Source of the DNA: an uncultured delta proteobacterium
GTDB taxonomy: Bacteria; Desulfobacterota; Desulfomonilia; UBA1062
Length of the DNA stretch: 64,000 nucleotides
Assembly (NCBI GenBank): GCA_963752595.1
Contig: CAVVYZ010000005.1
Span: 1-64,000 of the forward strand
Reading direction: 5' to 3'
The position numbers were made by a program, and so were the translations under genes. Each line of letters opens with the position of its first letter. The first letter of the stretch is position 1. Below, piece after piece: positions 40,302 through 49,727 of this stretch. The notes below the pieces were generated by a model. The model saw only the letters and a program-made list of their open reading frames with translations, ran no database searches and was not told the DNA's origin.

Positions 40302-40634
40302 GTACCCTCCTTTTTGTCCACAGGCCATGCAGTATTTCATGATAGGGCAGGCAGGACGTTTCTCAAGACCGGGCATTCAGGAAGGTTAATTAAACTATCT
40401 TAATATATCAATAAGTTATGAAACATATCCTTGTATATACTTTAACGTTTTGAATTAATTAAAGATATTGCTGTACTTTGCCGAGCTATCCGGTACTCCA
40501 GTAGTTTCATTACATCGGCCGGGCGGCGCTCGATGTTGCCCGGCTTTTTTTCCCAGCGGTTCCCCAGGTCATGGGAAAATGAGTATCATACGGGTCTTGG
40601 GCTATGAATTCTCTGGTATCTCTTTGGATTCGGG

Positions 40635-41717
40635 CTATTGATACGTAGCCCTGAAACGGATTACCAGCCTATGGCCGAATCCATCGGCTGATGACCGGTA
40701 TAAAATCTGCTCGTTAACATTGAATGACCAGGATATCCTCACCATATTCTCATCGAGGGGCTCGATTTGGGCATATATTCCCCCCGCTGCAGGGTCCGCC
40801 CCCAATGAAGGTATCAATGCATCATTCATTACTTCGTAATCTTTGAGATAGGTGTGCTCTTTGACAAACTCGCATACCCAGTTCCACTGGGATGCATTCC
40901 CCGATGCCAGGACCTTGCTGAATCCGCTGGAGGCGTCAAAGGTAGCCGAATCGCCCTCAGGGCTTATGATTGCGGGGATTCCTGTCTGAACGAAGGTTGC
41001 ATGCCGGTCGATTATCGCAAGAAGACCTGTCGGTCTCCGGGTGATGGTGAGATTGTAATAGAAGCACGAATCCACACTCCCCTCAATGATGTTGCCATTG
41101 CCTATAAGACAGTCCCCGGTTGTAAACAGAGGAGCCGAGCCATCCGTGGTATTTGTCGGAACACTGGAATCCAGTGTCTGGGAATCTGATGTGTTGATAT
41201 AGACGAGATAGGTGCTGAAGTGTGTTGTGTCAACGATCGCCAGGTTCGTCTTTTCATCCCTCCCGCTTAGCTCCAGTTCCTCCCACCGGCCTGTCCGTTC
41301 GTTATAATAAAGGACACCTGTCTTTGCTTCATTGACGGCCTTGCCGTCCACGATCCCGTCGTTGTTCACATCCGCATAGGGAAGATAGAGCCTTACGGGC
41401 TGCTTGAAGGTAATGCCGTCAGGGCTGAAGCTGATGCACCGGCCTGCTGCCCTGTACCCGTTCGGAAGTGCATGGGGAAGGCCGGTAGATGTAAGACTGA
41501 TGCTCTGATTGCCCTCCAGGGCATTGCGGGGGATGGATACTTGAGCGCCGGATAAACCGCTTCCTTGTTCAGATGTTGCAACGATGCCGCCTTCAGGACC
41601 GATATTAATCCCGGATATTCCTTCCACACCTCCGGTTGAGCTCGATTTCTTGCATGCAGCCTGAAACGACACAAGGATGAGAAGGCCTATGAGAAAACAA
41701 CGGCATCCGGATTTCAT
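40635..41717 (-). CDS. Lipoprotein with a ZU5-like domain
   Basis: Lipobox FQAAC; IGPEGG, IPRNAL, FSPDGITFKQPV and TTHFSTY. Confidence 0.6.
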   Translation of the reverse strand: MKSGCRCFLIGLLILVSFQAACKKSSSTGGVEGISGINIGPEGGIVATSEQGSGLSGAQVSIPRNALEGNQSISLTSTGLPHALPNGYRAAGRCISFSPDGITFKQPVRLYLPYADVNNDGIVDGKAVNEAKTGVLYYNERTGRWEELELSGRDEKTNLAIVDTTHFSTYLVYINTSDSQTLDSSVPTNTTDGSAPLFTTGDCLIGNGNIIEGSVDSCFYYNLTITRRPTGLLAIIDRHATFVQTGIPAIISPEGDSATFDASSGFSKVLASGNASQWNWVCEFVKEHTYLKDYEVMNDALIPSLGADPAAGGIYAQIEPLDENMVRISWSFNVNEQILYRSSADGFGHRLVIRFRATYQ

Positions 41718-41795
41718 GAAAGATTCCTGCACCTCATTATGTATTGAGTATCCCTGTTCCTGCCGATTTCTTTGCGTTGATGCCCTTATCGTCAT

Positions 41796-41831
41796 AAACC
41801 CGCCTTATCATGAAGCCATGAAAGGCGGGTT
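41796..41831 (-). terminator. Stem-loop downstream of the ECF sigma operon
   Basis: AACCCGCCTT..CATG / CATG..AAGGCGGGTT inverted repeat with a short U tract on the minus strand. Confidence 0.55.
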
Positions 41832-41876
41832 CACTGGGTCATGCGCCCGAAGGCATGGGGATATCCGGCTGCGACA

Positions 41877-42332
41877 CTATTCATTCAGCGGGAAGGTATC
41901 GTTCCTTTCTCTTCCTCTTTTTTCGCGAAACTCCCTGGCGGTCGTCATGAGTCTTTTATAGCGGTCATGACCAAGGATCTTCCGCACATCGAGGAGATAC
42001 CGGAAACGCTCCATCGCAAGCTTTTCCCTGCGCAGCTCCAGCTTCTTGAACTGCTCCATTGCCGCCCGGTCGCTGGAATTCTGCTTATCAAGTATGGTAT
42101 CCAGCTCGAAACGTTCCTTTTCGAGATCACCTTTCATCTCCATCAGGGTTCTCCGGCTCTGGACGTAAAGGGTATCGAGCGCATCCTTTTCCGTCTGGCT
42201 TAAACCTAGACTCTCAGCGAGCTTGGGCATCTGCCACCACCTCCCGGGGGGCGCATCGTCACGGGCCCATGCCGCGACCGGATAGAGAAACAACGCAATC
42301 GCAATAGTATATAACCAGGCTTTACTCTTCAT
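41877..42332 (-). CDS. Periplasmic Spy/CpxP/heavy-metal-sensor family protein
   Basis: Signal peptide, GRWW, LGLSQTEK and VRKILG. Confidence 0.75.
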   Translation of the reverse strand: MKSKAWLYTIAIALFLYPVAAWARDDAPPGRWWQMPKLAESLGLSQTEKDALDTLYVQSRRTLMEMKGDLEKERFELDTILDKQNSSDRAAMEQFKKLELRREKLAMERFRYLLDVRKILGHDRYKRLMTTAREFREKRGRERNDTFPLNE

Positions 42333-42365
42333 GATATCTTGCCTCCTTTTCTCTTGTGCCGTACA

Positions 42366-42881
42366 TCAGACCTTTGTCTCGTCGACGGGCACGATGAAAT
42401 CCAGGGTGTCGTCGATATCGGCCGTTGACTCTTCCGGAGATATCTTCCGGTAATCCTCGGGCAGAGGGTCTTCTTCCAGGCTGCTGACCTGGGCCATGAG
42501 CCTTTCGTCTTCCTCCATCTCTTGAGCGATGCTTATCTGATCAGCGACCTTGAAATGCCCGCTGTGGTGCGTCAGGGAGAAGGTCACCAGGAGAAGGGCA
42601 AAGGCGGCTGCAGCGCCGAAGGCAAGCTGCCGGCCGAACGGCCGCACAGGGTGCCTGACCGGTTCCTCAGAGGGCAGAACCACCTTACGAGACAGCTCCG
42701 GAGCATACCTCTTCGCACGCGCCCCCAGCTGATCGAGCTGCTCCAGGATGAGCTGTCTTTCTCTCCGGCATACCGTACATGCCTGGAGATGATCCCTGCT
42801 CTGCCTGTCCAGATCATGCTCGGCAATGACAGAGCGGCTCAGTTCTTCTCCACTCAAATGTCCTCTGCCGTCCGTACTCAT
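42366..42881 (-). CDS. Zinc-binding anti-sigma factor (single TM)
   Basis: HLQACTVC (HxxxCxxC) and one TM helix; overlaps the sigma gene. Confidence 0.8.
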   Translation of the reverse strand: MSTDGRGHLSGEELSRSVIAEHDLDRQSRDHLQACTVCRRERQLILEQLDQLGARAKRYAPELSRKVVLPSEEPVRHPVRPFGRQLAFGAAAAFALLLVTFSLTHHSGHFKVADQISIAQEMEEDERLMAQVSSLEEDPLPEDYRKISPEESTADIDDTLDFIVPVDETKV

Positions 42882-43495
42882 AGCTTTCCCTCCTGCAGGA
42901 ATTCGTGTACGCCCTGCTCTTTGCGGAACTTATCCACGGCACGGTACAGGTGGGTCTTGACCGTGCTCTCGTTTTTTCCCAGCACCTCCGTGATTTCCCT
43001 TATGCTTAAGTCATCAAGGAACTTAAGCCTGAAGACCTCGCGTTCGGAAGCAGACAGCCGTGACATAAACCGGCCGAGGCCGTCCCAGAACTCCTTCCTC
43101 TCCAGATGGTCCTGCCCGCAGTCCTGCGCCGGAACGTGCTCCTCATCCTTCTCACGGGAAAACAGGGTGATGATGGACCGCACCCGCTTCTTCCGGTAGA
43201 AATCACGCACGGCGTTGAGCGCGATGCGGTACAGCCACGGCTTGAAAATTTCCGGGTCTTTGAGGGAGCTTACACCCCGGTAGGCATTGATGAAGACCTC
43301 CTGGGTAATGTCTTCCGCATCCATGCGCGATGATGTCCGGTAATAGACCATCCTGAATATCTCTCCCTGGAACCGGTTGATGAGCCCTTCAAAAGCGGCT
43401 CTGTCACCTGCGGCAGCCATACGTACGGCAGCCTTCAGGGAAGAGTAATCATCCGTACCCTTTTCTTGATCTTCTTGGTTCAAAGATCCGCCCAT
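42878..43495 (-). CDS. ECF RNA polymerase sigma-70 factor
   Basis: DAEDITQEVF, FKPWLYRIALN and STVKTHLYRA. Confidence 0.92.
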   Translation of the reverse strand: MGGSLNQEDQEKGTDDYSSLKAAVRMAAAGDRAAFEGLINRFQGEIFRMVYYRTSSRMDAEDITQEVFINAYRGVSSLKDPEIFKPWLYRIALNAVRDFYRKKRVRSIITLFSREKDEEHVPAQDCGQDHLERKEFWDGLGRFMSRLSASEREVFRLKFLDDLSIREITEVLGKNESTVKTHLYRAVDKFRKEQGVHEFLQEGKL

Positions 43496-43661
43496 CTCTT
43501 GTCAATCCTTTAAGGGGTTTGTTGCTTCACCCACGGCCTTCAGCACTGCCTTTGCTCTATCGCGTACGGATGATCGCCTTTTTCTCATCATCAGTTCCGA
43601 CTATACCCTACAGATGCCCGGGCGTGGGATTTTGTCTACACGAATTTCTTTTAAGATACGA

Positions 43662-44162
43662 TCATCCTCCTGATTCTACCCGCCCGGGTACCGGGATCAC
43701 CAGGGGATGATGCCCGGTGAGCTCGATGACCCGCATGACATCATCCATTGAGATCACCAGAGTGCTCGTATTCACCAGCGGATGGCACTGCATGGCACTA
43801 TACGCAAGGAGGTCCCGGTCCACGATCACTTCGACGCTGCCTTCATGGTCGTTGATGACACCGAGGAGGGTAACGGAACCCGGCCTCAATCCAAGATATT
43901 TCTGCATCCTCTCGGCAGAAGCGAAGCTCAAGGACTTTGCATCGATGAGTGCCTCGAGTGCCCTGATATCCACTGCCTTGCCTGCTCCCACCGTTACCAG
44001 GATATGCCTTCGGCCTTTCCTGTCCCGTAGAAAGAGATTCTTGGTCTTGGCAGATCCGCCCGGTATATCGAGCCTGTCTGCCTGTTCACAGGTATAGACC
44101 GGCTCATGGTCATACCTCGTATAAGGTATCATGTGGAGATTCATATACTCATAGATGTCCAT
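43662..44162 (-). CDS. YbaK/ProX aminoacyl-tRNA deacylase (ProRS-associated domain)
   Basis: HEPVYT, KNLFLRD, LSFAS, PGSVT and HPLVN. Confidence 0.85.
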   Translation of the reverse strand: MDIYEYMNLHMIPYTRYDHEPVYTCEQADRLDIPGGSAKTKNLFLRDRKGRRHILVTVGAGKAVDIRALEALIDAKSLSFASAERMQKYLGLRPGSVTLLGVINDHEGSVEVIVDRDLLAYSAMQCHPLVNTSTLVISMDDVMRVIELTGHHPLVIPVPGRVESGG

Positions 44163-44251
44163 CCGCACTCCTGTGAAGCAACTGAAGGTCATACATGGCA
44201 CATCCTATGTCCGGGATCAAGGATCATGCCGTCTGGAGCCTTCATGGAGCC

Positions 44252-45581
44252 TCATCTCCTTGGGATGAGGCTTCTGATCTGGATAATCCAGAATCCGAGA
44301 AAATAGGTGAGGAGAAATATCACCCCTATGATGAAAAACCGCCTGAACTGCTCTTTCACGAGCCTGTCCGGCTCATAGTCCGCGTTTGCCGAAGATCTCC
44401 CCACCTTCCATGCAGGGATCTCAGCAAGGCTGCCGTACGTGCCGTGCGGAACAATCCGTTCAAGGCCGTATCGCGCTCCAGGGATCTGCCCGGATCCGTA
44501 ATGTATTTCATAAGACCTGCCCTGTTTGGGCATGAAGAGCAGATACCTGCGGGCACACCTGAGGGAGACCCGGTCAATGGCAAGCGGAGGCGCCTCTTTG
44601 TTCATGATGCGTATCCGGAAAAAATGCGCCTTTTTCATATCGGCTGTAACGGTATCCATGCTGAGATCAAGCCCGGGAATTCTGTAAATGACTCCTGCGC
44701 CTTTGCGCCGGTACAATGATTCCTCGGACATGTCGGCGGTATTGAGCTCCACCTCGCGGTAAAAACACCCGTCTGCGGCCTGGATCGATACCTGGTCAAC
44801 AGGAAGGTCAACCTTACCGAGATCGATAATGGTATCACCCTGATCATCCAAGCTGCATTTGGGCTCCTGATAAACCGCCTCGTCGATGTCCGGCCCTTTG
44901 CCTCGGAAGGCTCGCAAAGCCGCGTATGCCGCTCAAGGGATTGAAGCCCGGTCCGATGTCATCAAAAAGCCTGCATGGTTCAAGCCTTGGTTCTTCTTTG
45001 ACGGCAGGCTTTTTCAAGAGAACTCTGAGCCGCTCCGCAAACGTTTCCGGAAGGGCGACACCCATCCGGTAGGCATTGTATGAAGGCCTGAGGTCCGCCA
45101 CCCTGCCTTTGGCGATGAGCTGCCCTGCTGCCCCTTCAGCAGCGGAGAAGATCTCGATATCGGACCAGCCCGGTCTCTGGTCGGCGATGATCTCCAGATT
45201 GTTTACAAAATCTGCCCCGTTCGGGTTGCTGATGAGAAAAAAGGCCCCTTCCCCGGTTTCTTGAGACTGTACGATATCCCACCTGACTGCCTGCCTTTCC
45301 GGCTCGCGGACCGTATCGATGGAAAAGGGCACTTCTTCCCCGAGATCATCGAATATTCTGCAATCCGTAAGTCCAAGGCCCGAGCGGGTGAGGATCTCGG
45401 AGGGAACGGCAACCTTTACCAGTCCCGAAGACGCCCCTCCCTCAAGGGAGGCGGAAAAGGGGAAGTCTTCGGTCTTTACCTGGCGTGCAGAAGCCTGGCT
45501 GCATAAGATCATCCCAATGCCCACGAGGATGCCGCACCATAGTAGAGTCCTTGTCCTCTCTTTGGGCATATGTTTACACAA
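44252..45581 (-). CDS. Exported membrane-anchored protein (DUF3999-like), frameshift near 44910
   Basis: Signal peptide and DCRIFD..GEEVPF in 44844-45581; IMNKEAPPL, YEIHYG and a C-terminal TM in 44252-44917. Confidence 0.55.
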
Positions 45582-45587
45582 GGGGGT

Positions 45588-46178
45588 TCATGAAAAGATG
45601 ATATCATCCAGTCCGCGCTTGGGAACATGATGGACTCCCTCCTCATCCCGCCAGTACTCGATGCCTTCTTCAGGGCCTACCTCTTCTATCTTCACCTTTT
45701 CCAGGGGCTTGCCCAAGGCAAGGACGAGGAGGATCTCAAACTTTTTGGGGATATCGAGTGCTTCCCTGAGCCGGTTACGCTTGATCGATGCGATCATACA
45801 GCCGCCCAGGCCTTTGTCGGCTGCTCCGAGAAGAATGCTCTGGCCGGCGATCCCGTGGTCGCAACCGAAGGATTTGGTGATCGTTGTGTCTCCCAGGACA
45901 ATGATGTATGCAGATGGCCGCTGACCAGCCTCCGGCCCCGGCCAGTCTTTTAAATATCCTGCCCACCCCAGATTGGGAAAGATGAGGTTGTTCTTCTTCA
46001 GCGTACACGAGAGGATGTACCGCAATGGCTGAAGGTTCGCTGCCGACGCCGACAGCCGGGCAAGGTCGACCAGTTCCCTCAATACGCCCATCTCGACAGG
46101 CGTATCCTCGTGAAACCTCCTGTACGACCTGTTTTTTTCCACGAGCTCCCGTATCATAGCCAAATCCTCCTTGGTCAC
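45588..46178 (-). CDS. Nitroreductase family protein
   Basis: NRSYRRF, SASAANLQP, GLGGC and HHVPKR. Confidence 0.9.
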   Translation of the reverse strand: MTKEDLAMIRELVEKNRSYRRFHEDTPVEMGVLRELVDLARLSASAANLQPLRYILSCTLKKNNLIFPNLGWAGYLKDWPGPEAGQRPSAYIIVLGDTTITKSFGCDHGIAGQSILLGAADKGLGGCMIASIKRNRLREALDIPKKFEILLVLALGKPLEKVKIEEVGPEEGIEYWRDEEGVHHVPKRGLDDIIFS

Positions 46179-46282
46179 GTTCCATCCGGCTCAAATCAAT
46201 TGTTCATGCAAAAGCCCTGTCGTTTTCTTCTATCACCATAGCAGGCTTAACTCAAAATGAGAAATTACCTTATGCCCATTGC

Positions 46283-47023
46283 TTATGTGCTCCGCATGGA
46301 AACATCGGCCCGGGCTTTTTTGAGGTTTCTCAAGAAAGGTTTGAAGAGAAAGCTTTTTTCATCAAGACTGCAGAGCTGTTCGAACATAGGTTTTGTGACC
46401 GTAAAGGCAAGTATCTGCGGGGGGAGATACTGCCGCATGGCGATGTCTGTTGCGCCGATGATGGCCTGGGGCCTGTCCAGGTCCTCGAACAGGGGCAGGA
46501 GTTCCATGCACCCTGATCCGAAGGGCGAGATTACGGCAGGGGCATCACCGGGGATGCTCCGGTAGTTGGCCCCTATGATGAGCATGCTCAACTGGTCGGG
46601 GTTGACGAAGAAAGTGATTGTCTTGAGGTATTGGTATTTATCGGGTTTCAGAGGACCGATGAGGAGATAAGGATGCTCCATCTTGTAGGCTTTCCGCTTG
46701 TCAAACCATTGCTCCATGATGGTGCTCGAAGCCTTGAGCCCTTCCCCTTCATAGAGGAAATGCACATAATCTTCCCGCGAGCGCGTCTGCACATCGCACA
46801 GGCAGCTGCCTGCTCCTCCGCAGCCGAAATTCTCCCGGGTGATGACCAGCGCCTCGCCCTTTCTGAAATTCTCGTAAAAGCAGTAGATGCACATGTGCTT
46901 CCCCGGTTCCGGACGTATGAGCGGCTCGAATCCGCTCGTATCTGGTGAGTCATACAATCCGACCAGGGGAATGGTAAGGTCGATCTGCATGGTCAATCTC
47001 TTTTGGTCAGACATTATGGGCAT
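46283..47023 (-). CDS. DUF169 family protein
   Basis: GCGGA, FFVNPDQLS, PFGSGC and IGATD..R. Confidence 0.75.
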   Translation of the reverse strand: MPIMSDQKRLTMQIDLTIPLVGLYDSPDTSGFEPLIRPEPGKHMCIYCFYENFRKGEALVITRENFGCGGAGSCLCDVQTRSREDYVHFLYEGEGLKASSTIMEQWFDKRKAYKMEHPYLLIGPLKPDKYQYLKTITFFVNPDQLSMLIIGANYRSIPGDAPAVISPFGSGCMELLPLFEDLDRPQAIIGATDIAMRQYLPPQILAFTVTKPMFEQLCSLDEKSFLFKPFLRNLKKARADVSMRST

Positions 47024-47103
47024 CTCCTTTTTTTATGATATTCCCGTCTATGGGATATATTCTCTATCATTGCCTCAACCTGAGGCATATGAATTTTCAC
47101 CTC

Positions 47104-48171
47104 TTATATGAGAACATCGGAAGGGTCGAAAAGCCCGGCAGCCCCCTCGAATGTGGATGGGATCCAGTTCGGATGGTCATCCCTGTCAATGAGCCTCGCC
47201 CGCACCCCTTCACGGAAATCATGCCGGGATGTGAGGTAACGGGAGGCTTTGAGATCGGTCTTGAACACTTCAGCCAGGTCCCGGCCTTCATTATACCTCA
47301 GCAGCGCAAGGGTCCAGATCGTGGCCGAGGGAGAGCGCTGCGACAGCCGGTCGAAGACCCCCTTGCACAGATCCTGCTCAATGCTGCACTGCTTTAAATG
47401 AGAAAGGATTTCGGGTACGGAGCTCAACCCCGAGAAGTATGCCCTTACCCATGCATCCATGTCCGGCCGGCCCGGAATATCCTGGGTGAGCAAGGGTTTC
47501 AGGAGGCCGGAAACGGCCCGCACATACCCGTCCTTCTCAAAGCCGAGCTTTTCCGCATTGTCTTCGACCAGGTTCACTATGTGGCTTATCTTGCCGGAAG
47601 GGGCAAGATGAGTGGCCAGGCCTAATCGCAAGCACTCCGACCCTGAAGCCTCATAGCCTGTGAGTGCGAGAAATTCGGGGTACCCGGAAGGACATTTCCG
47701 GAACAGCCACCCGGTAGCCCCCACATCCGGGAAGAAACCGATCCGTGTTTCGGGCATTGCCATACGCGTAAGCTCCGTGGCAATCACCAGGTCGGCACCG
47801 GCAGAGATGCCCAGCCCTCCGCCCATGGTGATCCCGTCTGCAATGACCAGAACAGGCTTGAGAAAACGGTGAATGCGGAGATCGAGACAATACTCGTCTT
47901 CGAAGAACTGCATGGCTTCATTCCGTGAGTCATCGGCCACTGCCTTTGCAATGAGCCTGATGTCCCCGCCTGCACAAAAGCCTTTCGGCCCGGTGCCGGA
48001 GATGATAACGAGCCTCACCTCCTCTAGGCTTTCAGCCTCGTCCATGGCTTGATCAATCATATGAACCATGTGTACATTCAAGCTGTTCAGAACCTCCGGA
48101 CGATTAAGCACGATGTGCATCACGGCTGGTTTTCTCAAGACAATTACCGGATCGTTCAAGGAATCAGCCAT
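47104..48171 (-). CDS. Enoyl-CoA hydratase/isomerase family, 3-hydroxyisobutyryl-CoA hydrolase-like
   Basis: LNRPEVLNSL, FCAGGDI, MGGGLG, MPETRIGFFPDVG and DFREGVRARLID. Confidence 0.9.
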   Translation of the reverse strand: MADSLNDPVIVLRKPAVMHIVLNRPEVLNSLNVHMVHMIDQAMDEAESLEEVRLVIISGTGPKGFCAGGDIRLIAKAVADDSRNEAMQFFEDEYCLDLRIHRFLKPVLVIADGITMGGGLGISAGADLVIATELTRMAMPETRIGFFPDVGATGWLFRKCPSGYPEFLALTGYEASGSECLRLGLATHLAPSGKISHIVNLVEDNAEKLGFEKDGYVRAVSGLLKPLLTQDIPGRPDMDAWVRAYFSGLSSVPEILSHLKQCSIEQDLCKGVFDRLSQRSPSATIWTLALLRYNEGRDLAEVFKTDLKASRYLTSRHDFREGVRARLIDRDDHPNWIPSTFEGAAGLFDPSDVLI

Positions 48172-48344
48172 GCTCTCCCTATGCCCTCGTACAGCACTCC
48201 TCTGAATAAATCTTCCTGCACCCTATCTTAAAGATAAGGTCCTACCTCATGCATGTCCAGAGTGTTTTCCTTCGATGAATGACAAAGATCTTCCCGGAGC
48301 TGATATCATGGCCGGAATCGAACACTAAAAAAAGGAATGCTGCC

Positions 48345-49646
48345 TTACTCGAGGTGTTGCCGTATACTCTCCATCTGATCCTTAACCTTTGACTTGATGG
48401 AGGCAATTTTTTCGGCATCCATCTTGAGCAGTACGGCGGATTCGGTATTCTCCAGATCGACTTCGAACGGATCGGACTGACCGAAGCCCATATTCTTGAC
48501 GAGCAGATTTGAAAAATGCACGACCTGAAGCTCTTTCGTGATGTTGTCGGCGTTTGCAAGGGAATGATGATGATTGGAGATCGAGACGTATCTCTCCGAG
48601 AATCCCCATTTTTTCAGGAGTATGCTGCCGGTTCTCCCATGATATACATCCAGGGCTTTAAACATCTCCAGGACCTCATCCTGATCTGCTGCCTGCGTCC
48701 TCTTTTCCGCCTCGCCCACTACCTGGATCAGGATCAGCTTCCCGATGTCATGAAGGAGCCCCAGGGTGAAGGCGTCTTCTTCGAGCCTTGCCTGGGCAGC
48801 GCTTGCCGTAATCTGGGAAGCATAGGCGCACGAGAGCGAATGCAGCCAGAGATTCTCCACGATCTGCGTATATTTCTTGTTGTTGATCGTATACATCCCC
48901 CGGTTGGCGATAGCGCTGACGGTCTGCTTCGTGGTTTCGAGACCGAGGCGCGATATGGCGCTCTCGAGGGTCTTATTCTCCGTCAGGCCACGGTAATAGG
49001 AAGAATTGGAGATGTTGATGAGTTTTGTCGTGATGGCGGCATCCTGCCTGAGGAGTTCGGCAATATTCTGCAGGGTAGCTCCTTTGTCCACCAGTTCCTT
49101 GAATTTCGAATGTATCTGGGGCAGCGAAGGAAGATCAATTTCTCCACGCTTAAAGCGATTGATGATATTTTCGATAAACGCGCCCTTTTTCTCAAGCCCT
49201 TTGGATTCTTTCGCAGCCTCTCCTGATGTGCCGTTTTCGGGAAGGCTGCCCTCGACCTTGAATCCTTTGTTTATCAGTTTTTTCGTAACAGTCTCACGGT
49301 TAAAGGGTTTGGTGATGAAGTCATCGCAACCGGACCGGACACAAGCAATGATAGTGTCCTTCTCAGACTGGGAGGTTACCATGAATATATTGACTCTCTT
49401 ATCCTTGGGAATTTTCCTCTCCTCTTCGATCCGTCTTATATTATTGAGCACCTCGGTTCCGTCCATGTCGGGCATGACGATGTCCAGGGTGATGAGATCG
49501 AAAGGAACCCAAGATTCCCATGCCTGCGAAAAGGCATTCAATGCCTCTGTACCGTTTTCTACAGCCAGGCATTCGCCGATCCCTTCCATGATCATCTGCA
49601 TCTTTTTCCTGCTGACGAGTTCGTCGTCAACCACTAGGATCTTCAT
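48345..49646 (-). CDS. Response regulator with an HDOD output domain
   Basis: REC motifs ILVVDD, LDIVMP and KPF; HDOD motifs LPSLP, LWLHS and GLLHDIGK. Confidence 0.9.
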   Translation of the reverse strand: MKILVVDDELVSRKKMQMIMEGIGECLAVENGTEALNAFSQAWESWVPFDLITLDIVMPDMDGTEVLNNIRRIEEERKIPKDKRVNIFMVTSQSEKDTIIACVRSGCDDFITKPFNRETVTKKLINKGFKVEGSLPENGTSGEAAKESKGLEKKGAFIENIINRFKRGEIDLPSLPQIHSKFKELVDKGATLQNIAELLRQDAAITTKLINISNSSYYRGLTENKTLESAISRLGLETTKQTVSAIANRGMYTINNKKYTQIVENLWLHSLSCAYASQITASAAQARLEEDAFTLGLLHDIGKLILIQVVGEAEKRTQAADQDEVLEMFKALDVYHGRTGSILLKKWGFSERYVSISNHHHSLANADNITKELQVVHFSNLLVKNMGFGQSDPFEVDLENTESAVLLKMDAEKIASIKSKVKDQMESIRQHLE

Positions 49647-49727
49647 GGCAACTCCTCAGAAGATATGAAAAAGATCAGTGCTTGCATTTTTCTCGCCTTT
49701 AATACCGGGAAGCATCTATAAAAGTGC

